Below are positions 12,887 through 24,757 of a stretch of DNA of 64,000 nucleotides, piece after piece; position 1 is the stretch's first letter, and each line of letters begins with the position of its first letter. The translations under genes and the position numbers were made by a program. Source of the DNA: Antedon mediterranea (lineage: Eukaryota > Animalia > Echinodermata); contig NC_092676.1 in the NCBI RefSeq assembly GCF_964355755.1, positions 19,548,871-19,612,870 of the forward strand, written 5' to 3'. Below the pieces are notes generated by a model. It saw only the letters and a program-made list of their open reading frames with translations. It was not told the DNA's origin and made no database searches.

Positions 12887-13266
12887 AAAATGTATGTCAT
12901 ACCACTGTGTATTTAATACAGTACATCCTTTCTAACCTTATGTGACAAAACAAAATGTGATGTGCCCATATATGGACATTATGATGTCATATCACTACTA
13001 TATTTGGGTACATCACATTTTTTTAAACTAGTTTGATAGTGCAGACAGAGCTTAAGAAATATCTTGATTAAAAATGTGTATCATCCCACTGTCTGTGTAT
13101 TTAGTATATCCTTTCTGAAGCCTTGTCAACACTATCAAACCTTATGTGACTAAATATGTGACTACCATATTTGGGAATATCATTACCATATTTTGGCACA
13201 TCACACTTATAGTTGTCAAACTAGTTTGATAGTGTAGGCAGAGCTTAAGAAATATCTTGATTAAAA
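12887..13266 (+). mobile_element. Two MITE family A copies duplicated in tandem together with their flanks
   Basis: Both copies end AAACTAGTTTGATAGTG.AG.CAGAGC and share the downstream flank TTAAGAAATATCTTGATTAAAAA. They also have similar upstream flanks (TCAT.CCACTGT..TATTTA..GTA.ATCCTTTCT). Confidence 0.85.
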
Positions 13267-13514
13267 AAAACGCAGGTGGTTGGCCAACATCTGCTTGATA
13301 ATCCAATAAGAACTATTGTATTTTAACATTCCAAGTGTAACAATGCAAAAATATTAAGTAAACACTTTTGAACAATAGCCCAACATATTTATTACAAAAA
13401 TAAGATATTTAGTATTATGGAATTTAACCTACGCTACAGAAGATGGAAAATAAATATTTTGTGTTGTAAATTGTTTACTGTTGATGTACTGTAAGTGTAA
13501 GTTGAGAGAGAGCA

Positions 13515-13687
13515 ATGATGAAAATAGTTCATTCTTATATAGCGCATATAAGCAAGCTCTCAATGCGCTGAACATAAATTAAAATAGACGAGAAGTACCA
13601 ATAATTTAAATTAATGAAAAACTTGTTTGAAAAGGAAAGACTTCAACTGGGTCTTGAAAGAGTTTAGCGTAGGTAGCACACTCACTG
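13515..13687 (-). mobile_element. L2-type LINE 3' end fragment
   Basis: The minus strand encodes VSVLPTLNSFKTQLKSFLFKQVFH*, matching the SFKxxLKTxLF end of L2/CR1 ORF2. This is followed by AGCGCATTGAG...TGCGCTATATAAG, the typical L2 3' terminal motif. Confidence 0.7.
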
Positions 13688-13744
13688 TTGCATTGAAATT
13701 GGTAATATGGTGTAATGGTAATAGGATGTAGAACTAGTACAGTA

Positions 13745-13940
13745 CTAGTGAGGTATGGGTTCAAGATCTATCTGAGTCAGTGCCATATGGTTTGTATCAT
13801 GAGGCAAGATAGGTTACTCTTGTTGCCTCATCCTTCGGATGGGGCATAAAGCCGTTGGTCCTGTGTACATACAATGCAGGTTCATGATAAAGAACTCAGT
13901 ACACTATATTCAAAATGAGTACAGATCTTCTCTCAGTGCA
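13745..13940 (+). mobile_element. tRNA-derived SINE (decayed)
   Basis: B-box-like GGGTTCAAGATC, then body motifs GAGGCAAGA..TTACTCTTGTTGCCTC, CGGATGGGGCATAAAGCCGTTGGTCC and AAAGAACTCAGTACAC. A fragment of the same body recurs at ~24600-24645. Confidence 0.55.
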
Positions 13941-13982
13941 CTTATCAAGGGGGAGGGGGTGTCCTTTGGTATTCTACTGAAG

Positions 13983-14083
13983 ACTGTCGTTTCCAACCAT
14001 TTTCTTTCATAAGTGTCTGGGTATCATTTGTGGCGTCTAATATTGCTATTTACTGTCGTTTCCAACCATTTTCTTTCATAAGT
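13983..14083. repeat. Exact 32-bp direct repeat
   Basis: ACTGTCGTTTCCAACCATTTTCTTTCATAAGT at 13983-14014 and 14052-14083. Confidence 0.9.
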
Positions 14084-15127
14084 ATCTGTACTTTGTACTC
14101 AATATCTACTTTACATACAATTTTGAAAATAAATTAATAACTTAAGTTCAAAGGTTGAAGAGTAACTGTACACATGTATGATTCCTTTGTCTTCATGACA
14201 CTCAAAGAAACCGATATCTTATGAATATAAATTGGTAGAAGGACGACTGAAATGGACTGAGATGCCTTTATCACTTAGTTTGAAATAGTAAATCGTTTTT
14301 ATCTTTCCAGATTTATATAATATTTGTTCAATCCTTCACATATATCCTTGGTGGTTGTTGCGGGGTTCAAATCCTCTACGAGGTCTGTTTTTGGACAACT
14401 CCATTCCCAATGATTTTGTTTTTTTGAGCATGATTCATCTTTATATTAGTTATACACACCTTTTAATATAATTTATTAATTATATTTGACACAATTTTGT
14501 TTCATGCATTTTATTGAATTGAACTGGATAATATAAATTGGATATAAAAATAATATTTTATAAATAAGCTGTTGTATATTTAATCGTACATTGAGCATAT
14601 AGTCTGATCAATGACATTATTTCTTCTATGTTCTTGTGGCAGTCAAAAGGTACAATGCAGTCTGCAATAGACACTAAAATAGAAAAAACCATATATTAGT
14701 GCAAGACGGTCTGCCACGAAAGAATAGGTAGAGATCTTTATGAATAAATGGATTAACACCTTGAACAATATAGGTTGATTTATATAGATTCAGTCACTTA
14801 AAAAGAATAATAGAGAGATTCACACTTTATTAGATCACAGATTATTGGAATTAATCAATTGACAAAGGATGTAATTGTACTTCTGGGTAGGGGTTAGTGA
14901 GCACTCGTTTCACATATTTAAAGTTCAGTATTCCACCCAGCCTAACTAAAGCTCAATCCTGACGTACCAGGGTTGTACTCCATTCCCAATCCCATAATGT
15001 TTAATATCCATCCTTATGAGCTTCTTGCTGTTAAATGTTTTTAGTAAGTAAAAAATAAATGGTATTTATTTAAAGGTTTAAATATGAAAAATGCATAAAT
15101 GCCATACAACTTAATTAAGTAATTTGA

Positions 15128-15217
15128 CTCACTAGTCACAGCGCAATGGACTTCCAAACTGTCGCCTGTGATTGGTCAACTCACTTGCTTTGCGCCTACG
15201 CCATTGCGTTGCGGTGG
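15128..15217. mobile_element. MITE remnant (family with TTGACCAATCAC core)
   Basis: The reverse complement contains TTGACCAATCACAGGCGACAGTT...CATTGCGCTGTGACTAGTG, similar to 38549-38620 (TTGACCAATCACAAGTGATCGTT...CATTGCATTGTGTCTCTAGTG). Confidence 0.45.
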
Positions 15218-17930
15218 AGGCGAAACTTTACTAGGCTACTTTCCAAAAGTAGGACTTTACTAGGTATTTGCTGTACAACTTTATTAACGGCCTTTTTAGT
15301 TCTTGTCTACTAAGAGCGTCTGTGGAATTTTATTATAATGTTTTGTTTGATTTGTTTTGCTTGTATTGCAGCTTTTGGTCCTATAAGGTGCAAATTTTAT
15401 TCATTAATAAATTTTTCCCATCAACCAATAAATACAAATGTTCATGCCTGTGGAAGTTCTTAACAATCGGGATTTTTATGAATATTTCCGTAGAAACTCA
15501 CACGTATGCCTTATTTCCACAGAAACTCACGTACACCCCATTACAGTACGTCATCACCGTATCTATAGATAGATAGGTTATCATGTTGTCCGGTTCAAAC
15601 AGGCTAGATAAATTACTTGGAAGTAAAAGTGTAAATAAGTTTGTTTGTCTAGTTCTAAATATTATTTTTAGAATCATTGTGCTTTAAAAAATGGAAAGTC
15701 ACAATTGACCTGTTTGAAGATGTCAACATACAGTGTTTAAAAAAAATGAAATTTATAGCAATTGCATATTGCAATGTCATGGTATTTTGAAATTTATAGG
15801 TACAAATTAGATAAAACCATCACTACCCATTAACACTTACTATACTAAACACAGTTAGTCAGACTATTATAATCTTTCAATGTACAGTATATTTCCATAT
15901 TCTCCCTCCCAACTTTTTCACTCAATTCTATCCCTCTTCTCCCCTCCCCTGAATAACTTGTATCCTTGTTACCTCCCACATTCTTCCTGTATACTCAGAT
16001 GCTAGTAGTAAAACTAGTACACATTTATTGGAGATGCACTGTACTTTTAGAGAAAAAGGTTATTAATGCTAACTGCCAATTTGAATAATTTTAATTGCCA
16101 TCTCTATTGATGTGTTCCATTTTTAGTATGAAATTGGGACAAGACCAAATAATGGTAGAATATTTTAATTATTTAGTTCATTACAGATCTAGTGTACAAC
16201 CATATTGTAGGTTACATTTTTTAGATCAATAATTTTGGATTCTATACAAAAGGATTATTGGTTTTCCAAGGTTGCTAACCTATTACAAAATTGCTGATAT
16301 ATGGGTTAATTTAAAATAAAAAGATAATTGAATTTTGAACAATGGTAGGATAAATTTACAGTATCTAAAATAATTAAAAGGTTGGAGAATTGGTAACGTA
16401 ACAAAAGGTGTGTGGTATGGTACTTTTGAAAAACATTAGAATGAGGCACATATGACCTACACCCACATATAGACCAGTCTGGTAACTGAAAGTTTGCCCA
16501 CTTTGTTGGGCTGTGACTTTTATTTTACTTCATTCATAGAAATTCCTAATTCCAGAAAAATACTATATAAAGATAAAACTTTTCCATTCATCCATTGTAA
16601 ACATTTTTAGTCCAAATTTGGTAGAAAGCAATGGTTAAAGTAGGTTATTATTATAGCATTTCAATGAATTGTTTGTCCCTTGGTACACTACTGGTTTAAC
16701 CCTACCCTTTAATAAACCTAGTGGGTACAGAGGACACAAACTTTGTCTTAGTTTCTGAAAAGGCCATGGTCGCATATAAGGAAATACAATTCAAATATGA
16801 ATTTTCAACAAGTTATTAAACACATCCCAAGTACTGTACTTGGAAAGAATATCTTGGATATTCTTTGTGTTAGAGTTTATCAACCCTTAACGAGATGTTA
16901 AAACTGTTTAATGCTATATGTGATGTATTGTCTACCCAAGGTCTAATAGCGCTTACAATATATCCGTATATATTTTATTTCATTTTTTTCATATCAGGAA
17001 GAAACAATAATATTAAATTAGTAAATATATTTTTTCAAGTATTGATTCTAAACCATAATTGCATTTTTATAGGTCTTTGTTCATGTTATAATGTCATTAA
17101 TGTTCTACATTGTGTGTCCAAGATTCTTATTGTTACTTTACAGTTCCAATTCCGAGACTAATACTGCAAGTATTATTTCAGTAAACTTACACGGAGTTCC
17201 AAACAACTTTGGTGTGGAGTAATATTTCTTGTTTTCCAGAATTTTCGTATTCTATTCTGAATTATGTTTTTATAAAAATTTGGGATTTTTGGCCTAACAA
17301 GTTTATGAAAGAGTTCTGTTCAGAAAATCTTGTATTAACAATGAATAGGATTAGGGCCAAATCAATTTAAAAGAGTTTACCTATATCCACTTACTATAAT
17401 AACCACATTTCCACACTAAATTCCCTTAAGAAAACAGTTTTTAATTTATAAACTCTAGGTAAGTGCTGTTCTGTCACCCAAAGAAAACCCTACACTTTAG
17501 ACCCAAGCATGCTACACCTCCTTGCTTTAACACTGGAATAGTATAGAGTGTCATTTTCAGCTAAAAAAACATTCATTTGTCTTTTAAGTAACCATAATAT
17601 GTTCTATGTTGCCCCACATTCAAATAGTCACTCACTCTTTCCTCTTTGCTATACATTTTGAACTATAATTAAATTTTAAACCAGAATTCGTTGTTGATCT
17701 ATTATTGATAGAAAGTGAAAAAGTAGATTGTAGATTTTGCCGTAAGCAAACTTTAAGCTGTCCACTCCATCTACTGTACGTCTGTACACATCACTGATGC
17801 AGATTTTAATTGTATATGCTTTAAGGTTAATTGACGAAGCTTCCTTCCCTTTAACCTACAAAAATCGCATCTAATTTGTTTCTAAGTTTAAGTTGAATTT
17901 GTAATTGAAATCTACAAATGCCTTTCAGTC

Positions 17931-18215
17931 ATGTACCTTGAGATAAGCCATTTTGCCAGCAGGCTGGTTGACCGAGTCAATCTCTTCTGGTTGTCCGAGA
18001 GAGGCAACATGGAGCACAACAATTTTTCCTGGTCAGTTAGTGTTGTCTCAAATGACATTTGCAAAAGTTTAGGATTCATCAGAAGATTCTTAGGTCGTTC
18101 AACTTTTTATATTTCTTCGTGTTGTACTCCAAACTTATATACATGTATGTACATTGTTCAATCTTTTTTACTGTTTGTTGAGAGAATAGAATTCATTATG
18201 GAATCTCCCCAGTAA
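17931..18215 (+). mobile_element. Decayed CR1/L2-like LINE ORF2 fragment
   Basis: The ORF contains NFSWSVSVVSNDICKSLGFIRRFLGRS...LY...VQS, resembling the post-RT LSW..H...I..K....LGFIRR.L...LY...VR motif. SLWNLPS occurs in another frame at the end. Confidence 0.4.
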
Positions 18216-20581
18216 TACCCACAAGATCTTAATTTTTGCAGCCAATCACAATGCATTATTCATAAGTGTCATAGGATGGTATTGTGATGGGTAACCCCCT
18301 TCTACAGTATAATCATCACAAATGTCTGGAGGTTTTTCATTTATTAATCTATATCTTTCATTCCTCGCCCTTGAATGTGATTATTATATAATCTGTTGGA
18401 TTAGACACAGATTTTTAACTGAATGTCATGTTTTTTTTTTTATTTCTTGTTGATACTCGACTGTTGTTGGCCTGGTACTGTATGCATAGATGAAACTTTA
18501 GGAACATAGAAACATTTTTTTTTAATTTCACACTCAGCCTTTATCAAATTTTCGAGCTTCGCAAGAAATGTTTTTACTATAAAAGTATTTTTTAAATTTT
18601 TTTCATAACAACAACAATTGGAAGAATTGTTTTTCCATCGAAACTGTGTGTGTAAATGGTAACTTCAATACAAAAACTTTTTTTTTTGCGCCTTGTATTG
18701 CAAAATTGTAACGCTGTATGATAAGAATTAATAGGCTTTTAGTAAATTAATCAGCATGTCCTCTTATTTTAAAGCTCTTTGTATACATTGGAAACGCTGG
18801 TAATTTACCAAAGATGACAAACCTAGCAGATTGATAACCAAGTTGAGAGTCCAATTAAAGCCTGACCGACTGATAGGAAAAAACCTTACTACTATAGTTC
18901 ATATAGAGTGGCTTGTGTGAGTAAGCTAGGCCAAATTGCAATAGCAAGCTGCTTGCTGAGATAACTTGCATCAGTTCACGGTGTGTTTGTTCTTGAACTT
19001 CTCACCCGGCTGGCCGTTTTGCTGGTCAAAGTGCATTCGGAGATGGTTTGTGTCCTTTTATTGTGTGATAGGTGATCTTCAGTTTAAATTTCTCAATTTG
19101 TTTATCTCCGGCAACAAAGTTTAATTATCCTCTTTCAACTTTAATATCCAGAATTTTATGGACTGCATATTTTGTCCAAGACCATACAATGATGTACTTT
19201 AGGAAGTTAGTCTGCAAAATATCAAGATAAGAGGTAATAAGTTTGTTTGGTTGAAATGTATCAATTTGTCGCATCGCTCAATGCTGGAAAAGAGTTTATT
19301 ATCCTTTTCCAACTTTAATATCCAAAATATTATGGATACATTTGATTATTTGCTTATGATGATCTATTGGTTAGCTTTTTGGTTGTTCAATAAATACCAT
19401 GAACCTATATTACAATGCATACATAAGGAGATAAAAATGGCTATTTCTTTACTTTATTTGTATTTGAATATTGTTATATAATTGATTGATTGATTGATAT
19501 TATAATGTCAAAATCCCCTTAATATCACACATTATTATATGTTATACTGTGCTTTTCACCATAGTACAAAGAAGAACTAAAAACTTGATAATAATGATGA
19601 TGATGTCACTATTTATACCTGATTAGCTATTACAAACACGACCCATTGTAGGTTAACTATACAATTTCATTTTCTCATCTAGTTTTCTAATATTAACAGC
19701 TTTGTCAATACACTCAATCGTGAACCACAACCTACAGCAAACACCACAGTTACATCAGTCATGGTAAATAGGCCATGCGTGCTATGTAACCTGCGGTGTG
19801 AGGTTAAGTGTACCGGTTGTGTGTTTCAATCTTTGTTTAATTAGTACTGTATGTATGCCCTGCTTGATCGGCAATTACTTTTTAATTGATCTGATGTGAT
19901 AAATTGTCTTTTTAGTATACGATTGTTAATTATTAATTGCATATATAATAGTTCACCAAGAGTAGAGCAAAGGATGTTTCAATATTGTTAGTAGGGCCTA
20001 TGTTTTATTATTACAAATCACTGATTAAATAGTAAGTTTGCAAGTTTTGCCCCGTCAATATTATTATATAATACATAATATCTTATGTCTAGAAAATTAT
20101 GGTTTTACATTAGAAAAAAAGAAGAAAACTTTAGTAGTTAACGTATTGCAATTGTCATGCTGTAATATTTTCATGAAACCTTGTCGCAATATTATTAGCC
20201 TCATAGCCCCAGGGTAACTATGTACGATTCAAACTTATCGTGATCAACCAAATTAAGAGATAAATTATACTGCAAAAAAAAGACAGATAAAGCATTAAAA
20301 TTCATGAATTCTCCACGATGTCGCAACACCTTCGCTATTCATCAACAGAAGTGATTTGATAGGCCAAGCATGTTCCCCTCAACTTAAACAGAGAAAATGC
20401 AGTTATATTTATTGTTATTATTATTATTAATTTATATAAATTTCCTTTAATATGGAATTAGAAATTTAGCTGAGTTGTTAAGACTTTCATAGAGAAAGAC
20501 CTATCTCTGATAAGTTCACATCCCACTCAGCTGTATTAAACTGTTGTCCATTATTGCAACACTTTAACTACTGTACACCAT

Positions 20582-20830
20582 GGAGTTGTTTAGCCGAGTG
20601 GTAAGGACACTTTACTTTCATACAGAGAGACCCGAGTTCAATTCCCAACAACTCCCAGTCTGCTCAGCTGTAAATGGGTACCTGGTTGAAAATACTAGGC
20701 AGGATAAGCCAGCGTGGAAAGGAACTGGTCACCCTACCACAGAATGCCGAGGCTTAGTAAAAATGAATATGGCACTTAGGTTCCTCCATGGCTACACTTT
20801 AAAGGTTCATCAGTTTGAGCATTACTTTTA
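20582..20830 (+). mobile_element. tRNA-derived SINE with recognisable tRNA-like head
   Basis: A box TAGCCGAGTGG, B box GAGTTCAATTCC and a 7-bp acceptor stem GGAGTTG/CAACTCC (20582/20649), but the anticodon and T stems are broken. The head is followed by the CAGCTGTAAATGGGTACC central motif common in animal SINEs and an ACTTT-like tail. Confidence 0.7.
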
Positions 20831-22345
20831 ACTTTAAGTTGATTAACAGTGATATAATAATGATTAAAAAGTTTCATTATGAGATAAAGGTTTAATCTTG
20901 AAGCACTCTACATAGGCAAAAACCACATTATATTCCTAAAAAATATTTGTGCCATACAGGCTTTCAAAAGCTGTGATGAATTGAAATGACTGGTCCGTTT
21001 GCACACAATATATTCTTGTGTACACAAATTTCCTTTGTATTCTGTACTAATTATAGAATAACCAAAGGTCCTTAGAATTTCCCAATCAAGTAGTCTAGTA
21101 GTCAACAAGTTTTGTTGATCTGTTTTGAGTGCATACTGGGTAGGTGGATTTAGAGGGTGTTGGGGGAGTGTTGTTGGGATGAGCCAGCTCGTTCCTTTTT
21201 CTTTGAAATAAAGGGGCTTTCAGTAATGTATACTCCTTGCCATCATACATATTAACATTGCTGATGATTCTCATTTAGCCATCCTTACGGACAGCCCTGC
21301 AAATAAATTATTCCAAATCCGCCCACTGCCACATTGTATGTTAATCCGTTTCACACTTGATAGAAGATCAAAAGCAAGTTTAATCTGAACAATTACCATA
21401 TGTTTCATAACAATGACTGGGATTAATTTAAATTATTCTATTTATCTCTTATTAATTCATAGAGCTTTAACTACAAATTGAATGTATTAAATATTAAGTA
21501 CATAGATACTGTAGTTTAAGTGAGTTAATTTTTGCTCGGTCAGAACATCAGATGGCAGTACGAAGATAAGGAGATGAAGTTGATAATGATAGGTAAATAG
21601 GCCACGAATGAGGTTAAATATTAGTGTGTCAATGTATGTTAATGCTTGGAGCGGTTCATCAAGGAAGGGGAATCAGAATGGTAATACGCTTAAGGGGGTT
21701 TCAGTATTGACGCTGAAATTATCAAGTATGATTGGTGAGAGTTTGAAGAGGTTAAACTGTTTGAATTTGGGTCAATTAGATCCTGATACTTTGGAAATGT
21801 TGCTTAAAATAACAATGGAATCATTTTCAAGCACCTTGATATTACAACTGACATTAGAGACAATAGGAAAATGCTTCGTTTTGTTTATTTTAATGATTAG
21901 ATGAAAGAAGATAGCCTGATGATATTGTTTTTTCTTCGGTAGTACACATTGTGACTCTTGCACAAGTCTTATATAATGATTTACACATTCAGGCTGCTTA
22001 ATTAATGAAAGTATTAATAGTACATTAAACAACAAAATGGTATCAAAGTGCATGTTTTTATTGCGAAGGAAAAAACAGATTTCGATTTATGTGATCACAT
22101 AAATGTATATTAATGCGAGAGTAAAGGTTTTTTTCTTTAAGAAATACGTACATACTCGGCTATAGCATGGCAAAGGGATTGAAAATCTGAAAAGTTGTCC
22201 AGTCTTTGATAGCAAATACAACCATACTCAGGGGTTTGGGTGGAGTTGAATGAATACGTTATAAACATGAGATAAATTATTAAAAATTAGAAATTGACAT
22301 TTATTTATGAGTTAATATTAGTATATACACAAACCTAAATTGTAG

Positions 22346-23955
22346 ACTAGACATGTAACTCGTCACTTTGACGAGTTTGGTTATCCGCCGCGCAAGTGGT
22401 GCAACATTAACATTAAGGGGATAGGTTGAGGACAAAAGGAAGTGTTCACGTTGGCATTATGATCTGAACTGAAGAATATGATATGTTGTTATTGCTGAAT
22501 TTTATTATTTAAATTCATATATAGTATACACAGTATATTCTGTATCCATATCACATACAGTGACATACAGTGTAGAATAGGTGAAATTACGGGACCTGCT
22601 ATTTATTGCAATTTTTAACATGTTGACGGTTTTAAAATAAAACGCGAAGGTAGCAATTCCGAAAGGAAATTATCTCAGCAACAACGTATTAGCGTGTAGA
22701 AGAAATTTGAATACGTGAAATATTGATGCGCGCTCTTTTAAATGTAATGAATTATGACGCAAAAGATGAAAATACGACCTTTTTCATTTAACTGGCCATA
22801 TGATGACGTCACAACATCCGATTGGCAACATTTTTTCATAATTTCGTATCTACAATCCAATAGCTTCCAGAAAAAGTTTTAATCGTGATTATCACATTTT
22901 ATTCTTACGAGCTATAACAGATTAAAATTTACTGTAAAGATGAAATTGATGCCACACGTGATTTAAATTTTTAGGCATGATGACGTCAAAAAAATTAAAA
23001 TATTTTTAACTCATGCGAAAGATAGTTGATTGACCTAGACAATATCAAAATCAGGGTGAAAATGGAAAACGAATAGGTGGAGATGCGCTCTATTCAATGT
23101 GATGAGTTATGACGAAAGATACAAAAATCCTAAATTTTTTATTCGCGTGGCCATACGATGACGTCACAATGTCCGGTTAGCCATATTAATAGCTGATCCG
23201 ATATCTACAACTCATCTACTTCCAGAATATGTCATCCACAAAAAGTTGACCGTCTAGTTTAGAAATTACGACTGTTTAAAAAAAGGCATATTTTAAACGA
23301 ATTTTTTAACCTTTTCATAAAAAACGCGCGCAAATTGTCCAATTCGACGTGCTCGTATGACGTATCTTTAAGTCGAAATTGTTTAAAATTTGGTAAAATT
23401 GCTAGAAAAGGCTGGAAAAACATAAATCACGCGAAAAAAATACGTTTTCAATGCTACGTGCGCACCGCACACGTAAAAATGTGCGCACGCGTGGGAATTT
23501 TTGACATGCTTAAAACGACATAAAACGCGTAGAAAGTTGATTATTAATTAATTTTGCGCATTTTGAAATTTTAAATACGCGTGCGCGCGTAACTTTGTGT
23601 AAAACACGCAATTTTTTTTCAACAGAAAGTTAGCGCGTGATATAAATTAAACTTTTGCAAAGTTTCACTTTAAAATGTTATTTGGTTTTCGACATATGTT
23701 AGATACGAGAAAATCGTTAAATCGCGCGTACGTCACGTTGCGCAATTGTAAACATCATGAAAAGCTTCGCTTGACGACGTTACATAAATGTCAAAATGTT
23801 AACATAGTTACCGAAATGTTATGTTTGCGAGTTTTAGAGAAAAGCGTTACACAAAAATCATACAGAAAGAAAGAAGAAGAATAAAAAGTTGATGATGATG
23901 ATGATTTCGTACAATCACAAGAGGTTATCCTGCAACTTCGTTGCGGATAACCAAA
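22346..23955 (-). mobile_element. Non-autonomous Helentron-associated element (HINE/DINE-1-like), ~1.6 kb
   Basis: Perfect 13-bp subterminal inverted repeats TTTGGTTATCCGC (22376) / GCGGATAACCAAA (23943). A stem-loop AACTCGTCA-CTT-TGACGAGTT (22357-22377) precedes the terminal CTAGT on the minus strand, and a second hairpin GGTTATCC..GCAAC TTC GTTGC GGATAACC sits at the other end. The element has a T-rich terminus and is CpG-rich relative to its flanks. Confidence 0.8.
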
Positions 23956-24654
23956 AAAAACGTTCTGTCATGGATCACCTTACAAAAATACTAATGTTTA
24001 AAAATTAGCCTTTTGCTTAATCATGGTTTAGGTATAAAAACATTTAATTTACTTTACATGTTTGTATAAAAATAACTAAATAAAATAAAATTAAATGAGT
24101 GTACAATAATTCAATAATTTAATTTAAAATTATAAAAAAATGTACTATATTTTCTATAATTTTCACATATCTTTAATGTATTTAAAGTTTCATTAAACTT
24201 AATTTACCTTAAATAAAACTTAATTGTGAGGATTATGATTATTGTAATGGCTGAGGTAATCTTTTGTTATCATAGCAAATACTGTCTGCTCTGTCCAGAT
24301 TAATCTAAGCTCAGTATCTCATCAGTCAATCAACTATTGCTGGTAGCATTAGGCCACTTTGTTATTAAAGAGATTATTAGCAACATTACTGAACTTGACT
24401 ACTGCAATAACTAGTTACGCTTTTGAAATATATAGTGAATAACAGTACCAGTCTTCCATTTAACTAAGTTTAAAGATTTATCCTCACAACCCAATTGGCA
24501 GTTGCCAAAGGAGGATCCAGAAAATTGTTCATGGAAAACAGGAAGCAAGTGTCCACTATAGGATAAGAAGATGTTAGGATTGGTTGAATAACCCTATCTT
24601 AACTCTTGTTGCCTCGTCTTTCTGATGGGACAATGGTCCTATATACATCTATAT

Positions 24655-24757
24655 GGAAATGGTGATGTTGTCACTACCATATTTGGTCATTACTACCATA
24701 TTTAGGCACATCACACTTTTTTGTCAAACTAGTTAATGATAGTGTAGACAAAGCTTA
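24655..24757 (+). mobile_element. MITE family A, partial copy
   Basis: CACTACCATATTT..GCACATCACACTTTTTTGTCAAACTAGTT..TGATAGTGTAGACAAAGCT matches the right half of 58705-58863. Confidence 0.8.

Noticed and set aside
13983-14083. CRISPR-like geometry (32-bp repeat, 37-bp spacer)
   Set aside because: Only two repeats, no cas genes and a eukaryotic intron context; this is a simple local duplication. The same applies to the 16-bp repeat at 48421/48471.
17239-17464. Possible internal exon ending in AG|GTAAGT
   Set aside because: Splice-like words are expected by chance in 64 kb, and there is no coding or other support.
20582-20656. Functional tRNA-Glu gene
   Set aside because: The anticodon and T stems do not pair and the sequence continues into a SINE body.
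21541-22053. Overlapping ORFs or a possible old LINE fragment
   Set aside because: The strand-asymmetric composition suggests a decayed retroelement, but no diagnostic motif could be aligned.
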